From Bdellovibrio sp. (GTDB taxonomy: Bacteria; Bdellovibrionota; Bdellovibrionia; Bdellovibrionales; Bdellovibrionaceae): a stretch of DNA of 64,000 nt. The stretch lies in the NCBI GenBank assembly GCA_036677065.1, contig JAKFBS010000002.1, positions 128,001 to 192,000 on the forward strand, read 5' to 3'. Below, piece by piece: positions 1 through 10,314 of the stretch. The position numbers and the translations under genes were made by a program. The notes below the pieces were generated by a model. It worked only from the letters and a program-made list of their open reading frames with translations. It was not told the origin of the DNA and made no database searches. Numbering within the stretch: position 1 is the stretch's first letter; every line of letters starts with the position of its first letter.

Positions 1-300
1 CTTCCGGCTCTGTTAGTGAGTTTAGGATTGGGCGCTTCGATGATTACCTTGACCAAGGCGATTCCCCAAATTACTTGGATCGGAGAACATAAAAACTACG
101 TTTTTAGTTTTGCTTTTTTAATGTTATTAATAAGTTCGGTTTTAACTTACAAAAATCGGAATGCCCCCTGTCCTATAGATCCAAAACTTCGCGAGGCCTG
201 TCTGCGTGGACGTAAATACTCAAAAAATGTTCTAATTTTAGGCTGGTTGTTATTGAGTGTGGGCTTTTTCTTTGCATATTTAGCTCAATTATTGACTTAA
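1..300 (+). CDS. MerT/MerC-like small heavy-metal transport membrane protein (5'-truncated by window edge)
   Basis: Frame is open from base 1 (LPALLVSLGLGA...). Hydrophobic helices flank a loop with CPIDPKLREAC (Cys pair), a layout resembling MerT-type transporters. Confidence 0.55.
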   Translation, partial: LPALLVSLGLGASMITLTKAIPQITWIGEHKNYVFSFAFLMLLISSVLTYKNRNAPCPIDPKLREACLRGRKYSKNVLILGWLLLSVGFFFAYLAQLLT

Positions 301-350
301 CCCATCGAAATTACTACTTTTTGTGTATTACAAACAAGGAGTAAAACCAC

Positions 351-2402
351 ATGAATTCAACTTACTTGATGTCGCCAGTTATTGCCGGCGTTGTCGGTCT
401 TGTGATTGCCGTAATTCTGTATTTCAGAGTAAAAGCGCAACCATCAGGAAATGAAACAATGAACAGAATCGCAGGATACATTCGCGAAGGCGCGATGGCA
501 TTCTTAGTTCGCGAATACAAAGTATTAGCGGTCTACTGTGTAGTTGTTGGCGCATTATTAATGTACGCTTTAGGAACTGTAGCTGCCATTTGGTTTATCA
601 TTGGTGCTTTTTTATCTTTATTAGCTGGCTTTGTTGGTATGAAAGCTGCGACTTTCGCAAACGTTCGTACAACTCAAGCGGCCGCTTCTTCGACAAAAGG
701 TAACGCCTTATTAGTCGCTTTAGATGGCGGAGCAGTAATGGGTTTATCTGTTGCTGGTCTTGGTTTAATCGGTTTAGGTCTTGTGTATTTCTTTTACCAA
801 GCTGATCCACATATCGGAACAATCTTGCATTCATTTGCAGTGGGAGCTTCATCGATCGCTTTATTTGCGCGTATCGGTGGTGGTATCTACACTAAAGCGG
901 CTGACGTAGGTGCAGACATCGCTGGTAAAGTTGTTGAAAATATTCCTGAAGATGATCCACGTAATCCTGGTGTTATCGCTGATAACGTTGGTGATAATGT
1001 TGGTGACGTTGCCGGTATGGGCGCGGATATTTACGAATCAATGGTTGCAGCTATCGTTTCAGCAATGGCGATCGCATTAACTATTGAAGCTGTAGATCTT
1101 CCGAAACTTATGCTTGATGGTTCTGATTCACGTTTAATGTCTGTGGGTTTACCATTAGTATTATCTGCAATCGGTATGGTTATTTCTATTATCGTAATTT
1201 TCTTAGCACGCGCTTTGAAAAATTCTAAACCAGCTACGGTATTACGTGCTGCTTTAATGCTACCTCCAGTTATTTTAACTGTGGTGTCTTACATTTTTAT
1301 GCCGACATTAGGTGTTTCTCAAAATGTAACTTGGGCTTTAGCTGCAGGTGCATTCGGTGGAGCCTTAATCGGACTTGTTACTGAGTACTATACGGCGATG
1401 AAACCAATTCGTTTAGTTGCTGAAGCTGCGCAAACGGGTGCTGGTACTGGTGTTATCCGCGGTCTTGCTGTGGGTATGGAATCAGTGGCTCTTCCTACAC
1501 TTATCGTTGTGATCGCAGCTTATGTTGCTGATCAAATGTTAGGTTTATACGGTATCGCCATGGCAGCAGTTGGTATGTTAGCAGGAACTGCAGTTGTTAT
1601 GACTGTAGATGCTTACGGCCCAATCGCTGATAATGCGGGTGGTATTTCTGAAATGTCTGGTCTTCCTTCAAACGTTCGCGACATCACAGATGAATTAGAT
1701 GCCGTTGGTAACACGACAGCAGCTATCGGAAAAGGTTTTGCGATTGGTTCTGCAATTTTAACAGTTGTGGCGTTATTCTCTGCTTTCAATATGGAAGTGA
1801 ATCACGTGCGTGTTGCTGCTGGAATGGCGAAAATGCAATTAGACCTAACTTCTTCTGGAGTATTAATCGGTATTCTTTTAGGTTCGATTCTTCCATTCTT
1901 AGTTGGTGCTACAACAATGACAGCAGTAGGTCGCGCAGCGGGTAAAATCGTTGTTGAGATCGCTCGTCAGTTCAAAGAAATTCCAGGTTTACGTGAAGGT
2001 AAAGCTGAACCTCAACCTGCAAAAATCGTTGATATCGCAACATCTGCTGCGCTATGGGAAATGATTTTACCAGGTATGGTAGCCGTAGTTGCTCCGGTAC
2101 TTTGCGGATTTATCTTAGGACCTCAAGCTTTAGCAGGAATGTTAGCTGGTGGTTTAGCAGTTGGTGCTTCTATGTCATTATTTATGGCCAACGCTGGTGG
2201 CGCTTGGGATAACGCTAAGAAATTTATCGAAAAAGGCGGACTTCCAGGTCACAAAAAAGGCTCTGACGCTCACAAAGCGGCAGTCGTTGGTGACACTGTT
2301 GGTGACCCGTTCAAAGATACTTCTGGTCCTGGTATCGCTATCTTGATCAAAGTAATGTCAGTTGTTTCTTTATTAATCGCACAGCTGATTGCCTTAAAGT
2401 AA
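351..2402 (+). CDS. hppA: Membrane-bound cation-translocating pyrophosphatase, K+-dependent type (probably Na+-pumping)
   Basis: Motifs [36 protein letters not shown] and [20 protein letters not shown] (Ala rather than Lys) marks the K+-dependent subfamily. AAGGAG RBS. Confidence 0.96.
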   Translation: MNSTYLMSPVIAGVVGLVIAVILYFRVKAQPSGNETMNRIAGYIREGAMAFLVREYKVLAVYCVVVGALLMYALGTVAAIWFIIGAFLSLLAGFVGMKAATFANVRTTQAAASSTKGNALLVALDGGAVMGLSVAGLGLIGLGLVYFFYQADPHIGTILHSFAVGASSIALFARIGGGIYTKAADVGADIAGKVVENIPEDDPRNPGVIADNVGDNVGDVAGMGADIYESMVAAIVSAMAIALTIEAVDLPKLMLDGSDSRLMSVGLPLVLSAIGMVISIIVIFLARALKNSKPATVLRAALMLPPVILTVVSYIFMPTLGVSQNVTWALAAGAFGGALIGLVTEYYTAMKPIRLVAEAAQTGAGTGVIRGLAVGMESVALPTLIVVIAAYVADQMLGLYGIAMAAVGMLAGTAVVMTVDAYGPIADNAGGISEMSGLPSNVRDITDELDAVGNTTAAIGKGFAIGSAILTVVALFSAFNMEVNHVRVAAGMAKMQLDLTSSGVLIGILLGSILPFLVGATTMTAVGRAAGKIVVEIARQFKEIPGLREGKAEPQPAKIVDIATSAALWEMILPGMVAVVAPVLCGFILGPQALAGMLAGGLAVGASMSLFMANAGGAWDNAKKFIEKGGLPGHKKGSDAHKAAVVGDTVGDPFKDTSGPGIAILIKVMSVVSLLIAQLIALK

Positions 2403-2454
2403 TCAGCTCGCAAAGAGCTAATCGCTTTAAAATAATCGACGACTTAAATTCAGA

Positions 2455-2670
2455 CTCGTACTTTGGGACTACAATGTAGTCTGAAAGTACGAGCAAAAAA
2501 AAGGGAGCTGATGGCTCCCTTTTTTTTGTTAGAATATAAAACATCGACCTATTTTTGGAATTTATAACGCGTTTTCAACGCTCGGGGTTTGGGTTTACAC
2601 TGTAAACCGAAATACAGAGCGAATTTTAGCACTCAGGGTTTTAGTCAACATTGTTGACCTAAACCCCGAG
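2455..2670. repeat. Three 39-bp imperfect palindromes (2455-2493, 2581-2619, 2632-2670), consensus CTC-N4-TTT-NN-G-N3-ACA-N-TGT-N3-C-NN-AAA-N4-GAG
   Basis: Direct alignment of CTCGTACTTTGGGACTACAATGTAGTCTGAAAGTACGAG, CTCGGGGTTTGGGTTTACACTGTAAACCGAAATACAGAG and CTCAGGGTTTTAGTCAACATTGTTGACCTAAACCCCGAG. Confidence 0.85.
2495..2528. terminator. Bidirectional intrinsic terminator between hppA and the parvulin gene
   Basis: A8-GGGAGCTGATGGCTCCC-T8 hairpin with tracts on both sides, between convergent genes. Confidence 0.9.
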
Positions 2671-2686
2671 TAAATTTATTGCGTCA

Positions 2687-2992
2687 TTAATAGCGTTGAA
2701 TTAGGTGGTAGCCGAAGCGGGTGCGCACGATTCCCGAAGTTTGGCCTGGCTTTAAGATCTCTAAAGCTTCCATGAAATCTGGATCTACGTTTTTCTTACC
2801 AAATAAATTACCCAAATCGCCACCTTGTGGAGCTGAGGGGCATTGGCTGTATTTGCGGGCTAGGTCTTGAAAGTCTTTGCCGTCTTTTAAGTGGCGGAGC
2901 ACGTCGTCAGCGGTAACTCGATCGGCAAGCAATATATGACGCGCATTGAGTTTCTTATCGGATGATTGAGATTGTTTATCGGATGCTGACAT
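2687..2992 (-). CDS. ppiC: Parvulin-type peptidyl-prolyl cis-trans isomerase
   Basis: [27 protein letters not shown] and TRFGYHLI rotamase motifs. Start moved to MSASDK. Confidence 0.9.
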   Translation of the reverse strand: MSASDKQSQSSDKKLNARHILLADRVTADDVLRHLKDGKDFQDLARKYSQCPSAPQGGDLGNLFGKKNVDPDFMEALEILKPGQTSGIVRTRFGYHLIQRY

Positions 2993-3079
2993 AATCACAT
3001 GGTATTGCATAATAACTGCATAAACAACGTGTCTGCGACACGACATCGAAAAGATTTCATTTATTTAAGGGAGTTAAGT

Positions 3080-3562
3080 ATGGCTAAAAAAGGAACTATT
3101 CAAATTGGTATTTCAGATAAAGATCGTAAACAAATTACGGACGGTCTTTCGGCTCTGTTAGCGGATAGCTATATGCTTTACATTAAAACGCATAACTTTC
3201 ACTGGAATGTTGAAGGTCCGATGTTTAATACACTTCATGTGATGTTTATGGGTCAATACACTGAGCTTTGGAATGCATTAGATACAATTGCTGAACGCAT
3301 TAGATCTTTAGGCGAGTATGCTCCGGGATCTTATAAACAGTTTGCGGCTTTAACTTCAATTGAAGAATCAGATAAAGTGCCAAAAGCTGAGAAAATGATT
3401 TCTGAGTTGATCCGCGGTCATGAAGTCGTGATTCAAACGGCTCGTAAACTTTTACCGGTTTGTGCCGATGCTCATGATGAAGTGACGGCCGGGATTTTAA
3501 CAGACCGTTTAGAGATTCATGAAAAAACATCATGGATGTTGCGCTCGCTACTAGCTAAATAG
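3080..3562 (+). CDS. dps: Dps / DNA starvation-protection ferritin
   Basis: [29 protein letters not shown] and HEKTSWML motifs. AAGGGAG RBS before the ATG at 3080. Confidence 0.95.
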   Translation: MAKKGTIQIGISDKDRKQITDGLSALLADSYMLYIKTHNFHWNVEGPMFNTLHVMFMGQYTELWNALDTIAERIRSLGEYAPGSYKQFAALTSIEESDKVPKAEKMISELIRGHEVVIQTARKLLPVCADAHDEVTAGILTDRLEIHEKTSWMLRSLLAK

Positions 3563-3597
3563 TATCATTTAATTAATAACTCCTTTTCACCGCTAGG

Positions 3598-4800
3598 ATG
3601 GCCGTGGACGATTTAAAATTAATTACTGGAAAACTTTGGTTTAGTTACGTTGAAGCCCTGCTTACAAGTTTAGTTGTGGGCTTTGCCGAAAGTTATTTTG
3701 CAGCTTTCTCATTACACCTTGGTTGTACACCGCTGCAATCAGGGTTGTTAGTCAGTCTTCCGTTAATCTTTGCAGCCATTTTACAGTTTACACTTCAAAC
3801 AAAAGCAAAAAGAGTAGGGCTTACTTATTTTGTAAAGCGCGCTCTGGTTATTCAATCGTTAGGGTTACTTGGACTTGGGTGTTTATCTTTAGCTGAAGTG
3901 CCGAATCCATTTTATTACCTGATGTTTTATTATTCTATTTATTGGCTAGGGCATTTTAGCATTCAGCCCGCTTGGAATCGTTGGATCTCTGATATTATTC
4001 CTGCAGATCAAGGGCAAAGCTATTTTTCGCTGCGAACACGCCTTTCACAAATAGGGATTATTGCCGGTCTATTTGGTGGCGGGGCGATGCTGCATATGAA
4101 TGTGTTAAATATTCCAGAACAGTATTTGTTTTTTGGCTTATTCATGGCGTGTTTTGGTTTAAAGATTTTAATTGTTCAATTATTCAGAAAACACCCGCCG
4201 TATAATCTGCCGCTATATTTAGATTTGAAACATTTTAAGAGTTTGTTTAAGCAAAATCTTGGATTCTTTCAGCGTTATGCGGCTTTTAATATGTCGATTT
4301 TTATTTCAGCACCCTTTGTTTCGGCGTATTTATTATCGATTCGAAACGTCGGCTATTTGGATTTTATGTGGATCATGGCCTGCTTATTCGTGGGTAAAGT
4401 TTTGTCGACGTATTTAATTAAACATTCAAGTCGTCAATATGACCCCCACCAAATGTTAATTTGGGGCGGAATGCTTGCAGCACCACTTCCGATGTTATGG
4501 CCCGTGTGCACGACAGTGCCATCAATGATGTTTTTACATTTCTTATCCGGAGTAGGTTGGGCTGGCTGGGAAATGGGCCTATCACTTTATTTTTTCTCGC
4601 GCATTAAAGGAGAGAAAAAAATCGAAGTGATCAGTCTTTATAATTATATCGGGGTTATTACGCAAGTCATCGGCACGGTGCTGGGAGCTATTTTATTTAG
4701 AAACTTATTAAAAGAAAATTTCGATGCGCTATTTGTCGTGTCAGGAATTGTTCGCTTTTTAGCGGTCTTAGGAATGCGTAAGCCGCGACTTGTGGCGTAG
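3598..4800 (+). CDS. MFS transporter
   Basis: 400 aa with about 12 hydrophobic segments. WNRWISDIIP..QGQSYFSLR resembles an MFS loop motif. Confidence 0.8.
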   Translation: MAVDDLKLITGKLWFSYVEALLTSLVVGFAESYFAAFSLHLGCTPLQSGLLVSLPLIFAAILQFTLQTKAKRVGLTYFVKRALVIQSLGLLGLGCLSLAEVPNPFYYLMFYYSIYWLGHFSIQPAWNRWISDIIPADQGQSYFSLRTRLSQIGIIAGLFGGGAMLHMNVLNIPEQYLFFGLFMACFGLKILIVQLFRKHPPYNLPLYLDLKHFKSLFKQNLGFFQRYAAFNMSIFISAPFVSAYLLSIRNVGYLDFMWIMACLFVGKVLSTYLIKHSSRQYDPHQMLIWGGMLAAPLPMLWPVCTTVPSMMFLHFLSGVGWAGWEMGLSLYFFSRIKGEKKIEVISLYNYIGVITQVIGTVLGAILFRNLLKENFDALFVVSGIVRFLAVLGMRKPRLVA

Positions 4801-4870
4801 CCGCAGAGTTTATAGTGGCGTAGCCGCAGAGTTTATAGTGGCGTAGCCACAGGGCTGATAGTAGCGTAGC
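4792..4870 (+). repeat. About 3.5 tandem copies of a 23-bp unit GTGGCGTAGCCGCAGAGTTTATA
   Basis: Units at 4792 and 4815 are identical, 4838 is diverged and 4861 is partial. The array lies between convergent genes and overlaps the MFS stop codon. Confidence 0.9.
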
Positions 4871-4875
4871 GGTAT

Positions 4876-5649
4876 TTAGGCGAAATTTTTAATAAATTTA
4901 CGGTGAAGTTCTTTGTCTTGGTATTTATCTTCAGGATTAGCTAAATCTTCATCTGAATAACCAGTTCTAATTCCTAAAATAGCGACGGTTGTGTCTTGAA
5001 CAATAAAATCAACGCGCCAAGTGCGATAAGCTAAAACCCAGTAGGATTGAATAAACTCAACACGCTTTTTTTCTGCGTTGGTTGGATCATATTCAAGCTG
5101 GCGCGATATAAATGATCGCAGCTGAGTCATATCAGCATTTTGATACTCTAAATAATCAATCTGCTCGCTTGCAAGTGGTGAAAAAGAAAGACTCATTTTT
5201 GGAGTCAGAGAAGATTCTAACCATTCAATATGGGCATCTTCGGCGACATCAGATTCAGGATGATAGGGCTTAATATCTAAAATCGGGGTGTCGTTTAAAA
5301 TATCATTTGGGCCGATATAAATATTTAATCCGTCGACTTTTTCTAATTTAACTAACGACATACCAATAGGATTTGGGCGATACGGAGCGCGGGTGGCAAA
5401 AACGCCGATTTTTCGATTTGATCTTGGAGTCTGTACTAGTGGTTTCCAGTTTTCGTTTTTATGAAAAGCATAGATAATCCAAAGATGGCTGCAGCCTGAT
5501 AAATCGGTCAGCGCTTGTTCAAAGTTTTGTCCTGAATTTAAGGTGATCACAGCGTCTGATGATAAACCATCGGGCTGGCGCGAAGCTTGATAGGGCTCGA
5601 TTTGATCTGATTTTAAAACTCCAATGGGGTTAAAAGTAATTGGAGTCAT
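4876..5649 (-). CDS. trmO: tRNA (N6-threonylcarbamoyladenosine-37)-methyltransferase TrmO
   Basis: GVFATRAPYRPNPIGMS and DTPILDIKPY motifs of the TsaA/YaeB family. Confidence 0.92.
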   Translation of the reverse strand: MTPITFNPIGVLKSDQIEPYQASRQPDGLSSDAVITLNSGQNFEQALTDLSGCSHLWIIYAFHKNENWKPLVQTPRSNRKIGVFATRAPYRPNPIGMSLVKLEKVDGLNIYIGPNDILNDTPILDIKPYHPESDVAEDAHIEWLESSLTPKMSLSFSPLASEQIDYLEYQNADMTQLRSFISRQLEYDPTNAEKKRVEFIQSYWVLAYRTWRVDFIVQDTTVAILGIRTGYSDEDLANPEDKYQDKELHRKFIKNFA

Positions 5650-5654
5650 ATAGG

Positions 5655-6458
5655 TTAGACTTTGATTTGTTGTTCGTTAAATTGTTTACGCCATTCATAA
5701 CCTGCAATCGCTGCGGCAACGCCTGCATTTAATGAATTTTTAATTCCGAAAGTTGGAATTTTACGAACTTCATGAGCCAGCTCTAATTGATCTTTATCTA
5801 AACCAAAGCGCTCATTACCAATTAGAAAAGCTGTCGGTTTGTCGAAATTAAAATCAGCGGCAATATCAATGGCTTTCGACGAAGTCTCAAGGGCCACGAT
5901 ATAATAACCTTCTTTGATGAGGTGATTAATAGTCTCAGTGAAACTTTTTTGTTCCCATTCGACCACGAAGGCGGCACCTAAAGCGGCCCGTTCAACTTGT
6001 GGTTGATGTGGAGTCGGCGTGTAGCCAGTCAGCCAAATTTTTTGCGCACCAAGGGTATCTGCAGTTCTAAAAATAGAACCCACATTAAATGCTGAACGCA
6101 TATTATCAACGATGAAGTGAAGCGGAACACGGGGAGTAACTAAATGAGCACGATCTGTGTTCATAATTAAAAACTCATCATCAGCCATACCTTTTTTAAG
6201 ATAGCGCTCAAATGGAACCGCAATCGTTGATAGGTGACGTAAGGTCATCGTTGGGCTGATTGAATTTTTATATTTTGAGAGCTTTTGCAAAATAGGATCA
6301 GTTGATTTCTCAAGATCGCCGATCATTATAATCAGCTCTTGTAAAAACATCTGGTCGTATTTGCCATCGCTTGATTCTTGTTCGATGCCGATAAAAAGTT
6401 TATGAATTTCTTCAACTTTTTTCTTGTCGTTTTTTTGCTCGTTTGATTGGTCTGCCAT
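5655..6458 (-). CDS. TrmH/SpoU-family RNA methyltransferase with N-terminal extension
   Basis: DNMRSAFNVGSIFRTAD, LIGNERFG and SLNAGVA SPOUT motifs. Confidence 0.9.
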   Translation of the reverse strand: MADQSNEQKNDKKKVEEIHKLFIGIEQESSDGKYDQMFLQELIIMIGDLEKSTDPILQKLSKYKNSISPTMTLRHLSTIAVPFERYLKKGMADDEFLIMNTDRAHLVTPRVPLHFIVDNMRSAFNVGSIFRTADTLGAQKIWLTGYTPTPHQPQVERAALGAAFVVEWEQKSFTETINHLIKEGYYIVALETSSKAIDIAADFNFDKPTAFLIGNERFGLDKDQLELAHEVRKIPTFGIKNSLNAGVAAAIAGYEWRKQFNEQQIKV

Positions 6459-6459
6459 A

Positions 6460-8502
6460 CTATTTTACTTTTTGTCCGGTTTTGGCGCCGCTATCAGGTG
6501 ATAAGACGAATAAATCTGATCCGCCATCACCTGCGCAAAGAACCATACCCTCTGACATGCCAAATTTCATTTTACGTGGGGCAAGGTTTGCACAAATTAA
6601 CACATGACGTCCGATTAGTTTTTCAGGTGCGTAAGCTAATTTAATCCCCGCAATAATTTGGCGAGTTTGGCCATCAGCTACTTCAACTTTAAGTTTTAAT
6701 AACTTATCAGCGTCTGGAATGCTTTCAGCCTCTAAAACTTTGGCTATACGCAGATCTACTTTATTGAAGTCTTCGATACCGATGACACCAACAGGGGCTT
6801 CTGCCGCGGGAGCAACAGCTGTCGCCGCTTTTTTAGGTTTTAACGCCTCGATAGCTGCGAAGTGGGCTTTTTGTTCTTCGACCATCATTTTAACTTTATC
6901 TGCATCAACGCGAGAAACTAAATGCACATAAGCATTGATCGGCTGGTTAGATAAAACTTTAGCACTGTCAGCCCATTGGTATTCAGGCTCGTTTAAAAGC
7001 TGACTTACTTTCGTAGCTAACATCGGAAGAACTGGTTTTAAATAAATACTTAAAATTCTGAATGCATTTAGTGTAGTCGTTAGTACGCGTTTTACTTCTT
7101 CTTCATCCGTAGATTTCCACGGTGCACGTTCGTCGAAATATTTATTCACTGAATCTGCTAATTCGCGAATCATCGTTGTCGCCTTAGCGAAATCACGTTC
7201 GTCGTAGAATTTAGAAATTTGTGCTTGTTTAGATTGTAACTCTTTTAAAATCTCAGTGCTTGTATCTAATGAATACAACGCAGAACCAAATTTCTTATTT
7301 AACATCTGTGCGCCACGTGAACCAAGGTTCACGATCTTGCCAACAAGGTCAGAATTCACACGCGATTGAAAATCATCTAAATTAAGATCCATATCATCGA
7401 CAGAACCATTAATTTTAGTGGCGTAGTAATAACGTAAAAATTGCGGATCTAAATGATTTAAATAGGTGCGGGCATTAATGAAGGTGCCTTTAGATTTAGA
7501 CATCTTTTCGCCATTCACCATGACGTGACCATGCACATTCACAGCAGTTGGTGTTCTAAAATCAGCTCCAGATAAAAGGGCTGGCCAAAACAAAGTATGA
7601 AAGTACACGATATCTTTTCCGATAAAGTGATAACATTCTGCTTTTGAATCTTTACCCCAGAATTCTTCTAAACTACGGCCATTTTTAGTTAAATACTGTT
7701 CAGCAGCTGATACGTAGCCCATTGGAGCATCAACCCACACGTAAAAGTATTTGCCTGGTTCGCCTGGAATCTGAAAACCGAAGTAGGGCTCATCACGCGA
7801 GATATCCCAGTCGCGCAGATCTTCTTTAAACCACTCCATCATTTTTTTAGAAATTTCTGGAACAGTGTGGTTTGGAAGCCATTTTTCTAATTCAGCTTTA
7901 AAATTATTTAATCGAAAGAAAATATGATCAGATTCTTTCTTAATAGGGGTTGTTCCACAAATTGAACAACCTGGATTGATTAAATCACTCGGAGAATAAG
8001 TTGCAGCACAAACATCACATGAATCGCCGTATTGGCCAGGTGATTTACATTTTGGGCAAGTGCCTTTAACAAAACGATCCGGCAAGAACATTTTATCGTG
8101 TGTGCAATATAACTGTTCGATCGGTTTTTTATGAATATGACCTTTGGCTTTTAAACGCTCATAGAAAATTTCAGATAATTTTTTATTTTCTTCAGAGTGG
8201 GTTGATCCGTAATGATCAAAGCCAATAGCGAAATCTTTAAAATCAGCGGTGTGATCTTTGAAACTTTGCGCGACATAGTCTTCAGGTTTAATGCCTAGTT
8301 CGCGCGCTTTGATCATGATTGGTGTGCCGTGCGTGTCATCAGCACACAAGAAAATACATTCATGCCCAGACATTTTCTGAAAACGAGCGTAAATATCGGC
8401 TTCGATGTGTTCTAGCATATGGCCCAAGTGGATCGGCCCGTTGGCGTAGGGTAGAGCACAGGTCATGATTATTTTTCGTTTTGGATTTTCTGTGTGTAGC
8501 AT
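6460..8502 (-). CDS. metG: Methionyl-tRNA synthetase with C-terminal tRNA-binding domain
   Basis: ALPYANGPIHLGH (HIGH), Zn knuckles CPKC/CDVC, KMSKS and a C-terminal Trbp111-like domain. Confidence 0.98.
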   Translation of the reverse strand: MLHTENPKRKIIMTCALPYANGPIHLGHMLEHIEADIYARFQKMSGHECIFLCADDTHGTPIMIKARELGIKPEDYVAQSFKDHTADFKDFAIGFDHYGSTHSEENKKLSEIFYERLKAKGHIHKKPIEQLYCTHDKMFLPDRFVKGTCPKCKSPGQYGDSCDVCAATYSPSDLINPGCSICGTTPIKKESDHIFFRLNNFKAELEKWLPNHTVPEISKKMMEWFKEDLRDWDISRDEPYFGFQIPGEPGKYFYVWVDAPMGYVSAAEQYLTKNGRSLEEFWGKDSKAECYHFIGKDIVYFHTLFWPALLSGADFRTPTAVNVHGHVMVNGEKMSKSKGTFINARTYLNHLDPQFLRYYYATKINGSVDDMDLNLDDFQSRVNSDLVGKIVNLGSRGAQMLNKKFGSALYSLDTSTEILKELQSKQAQISKFYDERDFAKATTMIRELADSVNKYFDERAPWKSTDEEEVKRVLTTTLNAFRILSIYLKPVLPMLATKVSQLLNEPEYQWADSAKVLSNQPINAYVHLVSRVDADKVKMMVEEQKAHFAAIEALKPKKAATAVAPAAEAPVGVIGIEDFNKVDLRIAKVLEAESIPDADKLLKLKVEVADGQTRQIIAGIKLAYAPEKLIGRHVLICANLAPRKMKFGMSEGMVLCAGDGGSDLFVLSPDSGAKTGQKVK

Positions 8503-8503
8503 A

Positions 8504-9544
8504 TTAAACCTGCAGTTGAATTTTTTCTAATAGATCTGGATCTGATAAAACCATTTCGCCACCCACAGCAATTGCTGTTAATGGGTTTTCAGCCACGCGC
8601 ACCGGAATGCGGACTTCGGCTTCGATTTTATTAGCTAATTCTTTAATTAAGGCGCCACCGCCGGCAAGCGTGATTCCAGTTTCGATAACATCTGAAACTA
8701 ATTCTGGCGGCGTTTTTTCTAAAGCATTCAAAATTCCATGAATAATTAATTGAATCGAATCAGATAAAGCATTGCCGATATCTTCTGAAGTGATTGTTTC
8801 AGTGCGCATAAAGCCTGAATCTAAATCACGGGCTTCGATTTCAAGTTTTTGAATATTCTTTTTTGGCAATGCAGTGCCAAGACTAACTTTTAGAAATTCA
8901 GCTTGTTGATCTGAAACCACTAATTTTTTAGTGTCTTTTAAATAACGAATCACATCTTCATCAAACTTGTGTCCACCTAAACGAAGGGGTTCGCAATAAA
9001 CGATATCAGCCAGTGCGATAACGGCGATTTCGGTAGATCCTCCGCCGATATCAATCACCATGTGACCGCGAGCTTCGCGCACGTTAATACCGGCGCCAAT
9101 CGCTGCAGCCATGGGTTCATCGATTAATAAAGTTTTCGAGGCTCCCGCAGAACGACACGCTTCAACGATGGCTTTTTTCTCAACCTCAGTTACGCCGTAG
9201 GGAAGTGAAACTACAACCTTTGGGCGTTGTTTTCCAGAAATCTTGATCGCCTTCATTAAAAAATGACGAAGCATCACGCGAGCCGCATCGAAATCTGCGA
9301 TCACGCCGTCTTTAACGGGTTTTATGACCACAATGTGGCCGGGATTTTTTTTAAGAATTTCTAAACCTTCAAGACCGATCCCTAAAATTTTTCTTTTTTT
9401 CGGGTCGATACTAGAAACCATAACTTGGCTTGGTTCATTTAAAACCATGCCTTTGTTCTGGATTGAAATCAGCGTATTGGCTGTTCCTAAATCAACATAG
9501 ATGTCTGCGCCTGCTGTAGTGGAACCAAATAACCATTCTAACAT
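8504..9544 (-). CDS. mreB: Rod shape-determining actin homologue (orphan MreB paralogue)
   Basis: DLGTANT, GVIADFD, EPMAAAIGAG, DIGGGSTE and LAGGGAL motifs. No mreC or mreD adjacent. Confidence 0.92.
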   Translation of the reverse strand: MLEWLFGSTTAGADIYVDLGTANTLISIQNKGMVLNEPSQVMVSSIDPKKRKILGIGLEGLEILKKNPGHIVVIKPVKDGVIADFDAARVMLRHFLMKAIKISGKQRPKVVVSLPYGVTEVEKKAIVEACRSAGASKTLLIDEPMAAAIGAGINVREARGHMVIDIGGGSTEIAVIALADIVYCEPLRLGGHKFDEDVIRYLKDTKKLVVSDQQAEFLKVSLGTALPKKNIQKLEIEARDLDSGFMRTETITSEDIGNALSDSIQLIIHGILNALEKTPPELVSDVIETGITLAGGGALIKELANKIEAEVRIPVRVAENPLTAIAVGGEMVLSDPDLLEKIQLQV

Positions 9545-9569
9545 ATTTTTATACCTATAAACCTACGGT

Positions 9570-10208
9570 TTAATACTTCTTATACCCAGTGTTGGCTTCA
9601 AATGGAAAACTGAAATACACGGATACACTTGAAAGTGCGTTGTCTAAATTTAAATTGAATTCGCCACCAATGTGTTTGTCTTCTGTTGGAAACCATTCAG
9701 CACCCACCGTGAATTGTGCGGCGGTGTAGGTTTTATGTTTGCCCGAAAGCCAAGTGATCGGAAGAGCAGCGTACGGAATCATATTGCCATAACGAGTGTC
9801 GGCTTTTTTTGAAAAAAGTGGAGTTAATTGAACACCTGTGTAGTTATGATCTTCATCGCGAACAAAAATGACTCCGGCACGTCCACCCATTGCAGGTTGT
9901 TTATCAACATCTGGAAACGGAACCCATTTTACTGAAGCTTGTGTCCAGAAATCGGTTTCGCCACCACCAGCCGTGATGCGACCATCAAGATCATCATCAA
10001 GATGAGCATCAGCAAAAAATCCAGCATTAAAGCCGCCGCCATCAGAGACGATCAATTGCGGTGCAACACCCAAACGGTAGTAGTTCTCGGGTAAAATCTC
10101 GGCGGTCTCGTTTACGGTTAAGAAAGCGTGGCTATAGCGCGAAAGCATGAATGCCGTAGCGAAAATAGAAATGATCTGGATCCATTTGAAGAATTTGTTT
10201 TTTGTCAT
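9570..10208 (-). CDS. Exported protein, probable outer-membrane beta-barrel
   Basis: Signal peptide ending SHA, alternating aromatic beta-strand pattern. Confidence 0.55.
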   Translation of the reverse strand: MTKNKFFKWIQIISIFATAFMLSRYSHAFLTVNETAEILPENYYRLGVAPQLIVSDGGGFNAGFFADAHLDDDLDGRITAGGGETDFWTQASVKWVPFPDVDKQPAMGGRAGVIFVRDEDHNYTGVQLTPLFSKKADTRYGNMIPYAALPITWLSGKHKTYTAAQFTVGAEWFPTEDKHIGGEFNLNLDNALSSVSVYFSFPFEANTGYKKY

Positions 10209-10314
10209 AAATTCTATGGTAACCAGCAGGACTTTAGGTTGGCAAGCGTTACACTGCAGTTAACCCGCAAAGCTACACTTTGACAATGCTAAGAAAAAAC
10301 GATGACATGAACCA

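Noticed and set aside
2455..2670. 39-bp palindromes as CRISPR repeats or integron attC sites
   Set aside because: Spacing is irregular (87 and 12 bp), the copies differ substantially, there are no RYYYAAC/GTTRRRY ends, and no cassette ORFs lie between them.
4792..4870. Possible mini-CRISPR
   Set aside because: Head-to-tail 23-bp units without spacers.
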